From: Batkoa obscura | Taxonomy: Eukaryota | Reading direction: 5' to 3' | Length of the DNA: 64,000 nt | Assembly: GCA_030770535.1 (NCBI GenBank) | Contig: JASVEC010000014.1 | Coordinates: 186,001 to 250,000, forward strand | Shown: positions 61,288 through 64,000 of the stretch, in pieces | Numbering within the stretch: the stretch's first letter is position 1 | Layout: every line of letters starts with the position of its first letter | Made by a program: the position numbers and the translations under genes | Notes under the pieces: generated by a model | Told to the model about the DNA's origin: nothing | Seen by the model: the letters and a program-made list of their open reading frames with translations, nothing else | Database searches by the model: none

Positions 61288-63891
61288 GTTAGTATAAAGA
61301 AATTACTATGAGTACATCCTACTACAAAATAAGACATTTTGTTATAGACTAAATAAAAAAATGTAAACTTTTTAATAAATTGCTTAGTTTAACTTTCTAA
61401 TAATTTTTCAAGACTTTGTTTTCTTAAACAAAACAAACTATATGTATGGATGTCTAATCAAAAAAAATCTATCAAAATGTATAAATTGTTTAGTGTATAA
61501 CTTATTTTAGATACAAGTCATTTAATCATTTATCATATTTATCATACTTATTTGATGCATATAACCTATATGGCTGATATGAGCACATTAAAAGTATTCT
61601 AAACAAAAATTTTGATTATTTTGATAATCATTTTAAAGTTTATTTTATCTTGATAAGTCAAGTCATATTAATTAAAGATAATAGAATCACATATGCTAGA
61701 ATTTAGCACAAACTATAATCAATTTTATAAGAAACACTATTAAAATTTTTAATACTTTTTGATACTTAATATACTTTGATTATTAATTTTAATATAGTAA
61801 ACTGCCTTGTATAGTTTTTTTGCATAAGGGTTTATTAAAGCAAATGAAAAAAATTTAAGGCTATAACGAACACAAATTAAAGCAAAAAAATGAGAATAAT
61901 ATAAATAAAAAATATTAATTTTATATTTAAATAATGTTGCATCACAAAAGAAAAAGTTTATTATATCTATAAAGAGTATTGCTGTTTTTTAATCTCAGCT
62001 TAACTCCAAGTGAATCTAGATTATTTTCAAATAAACACGACGATTCAACCGATATTAATATTATCTCTTTTATCAAAGAAATAAACTCAATTATACCGAA
62101 AATACATTTTTAAATTCGAGTTTTTCAACTTATCTTTTTTTTTGAAAAAGGCCTAGATCAATCTTTTAGCTTAAATGTTGCGCTCGGTAACTATTAGCTA
62201 TTTTTGGTAATTAAAATGAAATTTACATTTCCTTAGAACTAGCAAAGGTTAACTGTTAAATATTGAAAATCAAACAACACAACTTGATGTTATTAAAAGT
62301 TGAGGTGTATTTAGGATAATGAATAATATTTCTGCTTTAAAACTAAGGGATAATACACAAAAACCGGGAATTCTAGGTTTATGATATAAAGCTAGTGGAT
62401 AAAGAGTGTTGATTTAAAGAAGATTAAAAATGTTCAAGTCTATTGATAAAGGAAAGCACCATTTTAGACAAAGGAATTTGTGGTAATTATGGCTAAACAT
62501 TCCATTTAGTTAACTTACATTAGGTTTACCTCATTTTTTAATAAAAAGATGTTGTGTGTAATATAAAACTAGGTAACATTTCTCAAAAAAAGATATCAAT
62601 TGATTAAAAAGTAAAGCAGAATTTTGTTTTAAGCCTAAATACTAAAGGTCGGATATCTCTCCTTTATCTTTTTATATACTATATGATATAAACTAGTTCT
62701 AATAGTATTGAGCCATATTTAACCGAAGTTATATATTTTGATTATTAATATTTTTTCAAAAACTTTTTATGAAATAAAATATTTACCTTGATTTTTAAGT
62801 TTCGCCAATTTTAATATTCCTTTTTTAAATGCCTAAAACTGTTGCCATTGTTTTTAGCATTTAAAACGCATTGCTTGTACGCGTAATCAAGTTTAACAGT
62901 CAAATGTATGAAACTAAATATAATGTTTAGTTAATATTGTTTTAAAAAATAAGTTTCCATTTAATATAAAAGAAAATTAGCAACAAAACTGAAATATTAA
63001 TAAAATTTAGTTTATTAACTAAGTTTGAAGTTTATAACTTTTCTTTTTACCCGAAGAACAAATATTATTAATAAAAATAAAATAAAATTAAACACTTGAT
63101 TTACCCTTTTAATAAACTAGGTAATTTAACCTATTAATTATACCTTTTTAGAGTTTTAATAAACTAAATTTTTTATCAATAGTTTACAAATCTACAATTT
63201 ACCAACAGTCAAATGTTTCAATCTTAAACCTACAGTTAATGTTTAAATAGTAATTTAGTTGAAAATTTAAAATCTTATTAGCATATACAGCATAAACTAG
63301 TGTCAACCGTCAAGTAACTGAAATCTAATAGTCTTAGTTTAAAATCAATGAAAGCGGTAACTTGGGTGAACATCTTAAAAAAGTATTATGGGTAATTACT
63401 CTCCATGCCCAGTTTAAAAATTCTTAATTTAGACATCAATTCTCTTTTGTACGTCAAAATGCTTAAATTGTTAGACGAAAATTTCAAATTCTACTGTTAT
63501 CAAAATCACACGTTTAATCAATTTTTCTAGTAGCTGGGTAAATTTTAGGTATTAGAAAATAAATGCTGAGGAGTATAAGCCAAAATGGATAATTAAAACA
63601 GGTAAATTAGGGAGAAAAAAAAATATAGAATTAGTGATATTAATATTTTTTTTATTCCTAAACCTTTTACTTCTTTTCTATTTAATACTCTTTTTTCATT
63701 TCCTTCCTTTTAACCAATACTTTACAATATCAACTATCGACACAGTTTATTTTATGTACAATATTACTATTTAAATATAGCTTAACGATCATACATTCGA
63801 ACAAATCAATATTTATACAACCCAAATATTCAATATCAATATTATATTACAACAAGAGCTCCAACAGCAACAAACAATAAGGTGTCAATCA

Positions 63892-64000
63892 ATGATGTCT
63901 GGTTCAGGGTATCCAATTTTGAGTCAACCCAAGTTTTATTCAGAAGATGTATCGACTGAAGAAATGAAAGCAGAAAGTGACTATTTTCAGAATATTTTAA
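63892..64000 (+). CDS. Possible 5' end of a gene running off the window
   Basis: MMSGSGYPILSQPKFYSEDVSTEEMKAESDYFQNIL is open to the window end, preceded by a pyrimidine tract and CCAAT; no recognisable motif. Confidence 0.3.
   Translation, partial: MMSGSGYPILSQPKFYSEDVSTEEMKAESDYFQNIL

Noticed and set aside
2766..61297. Recurring short ORFs containing LSGKIVSKILK...SPY (2766, 8947, 11025, 33614, 53588, 61079)
   Set aside because: The shared peptide comes entirely from the MITE, and the flanking parts are unrelated non-coding DNA.
61300..63700. Long AT-rich intergenic region with AACAGTCAAATGT twice (~62895, ~63204)
   Set aside because: No ORF, TIR or RNA structure that I can support; the motif may be regulatory but two copies are insufficient.

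Overview
AT-rich eukaryotic genomic DNA with short GT-AG introns. A Zn2Cys6 factor, together with animal-like genes (BRCA2, BRWD/PHIP, ELYS-like, a six-HMA Cu-ATPase), points to an early-diverging fungus; an Entomophthorales/Conidiobolus-like organism is my inference only. Dense housekeeping blocks hold eIF2B-epsilon, ELYS-like, Cu-ATPase, Cdc25-type RasGEF, MAM33, BRWD, 6PGL and NAE1/ULA1, while NVJ2/TEX2 and a divergent CDK lie near the end. These blocks alternate with gene-poor accessory stretches carrying a large VWA protein with a decayed tandem duplicate, a Kelch-like pseudogene, an intronless bacterial-looking secreted TIM-barrel protein and a Zn2Cys6 TF. The most striking non-coding signal is a ~99-bp non-autonomous TIR element (GGGGATG...CATCCYC) in at least 21 near-full-length copies. 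Three insertions have a paralogous empty site inside the window, showing a 4-bp target duplication (ATAT, once GTAT). A larger ~860-bp foldback element and a possible second ATAT-flanked mini-element are also present. Exon boundaries and alignments were read by eye and no database searches were run.
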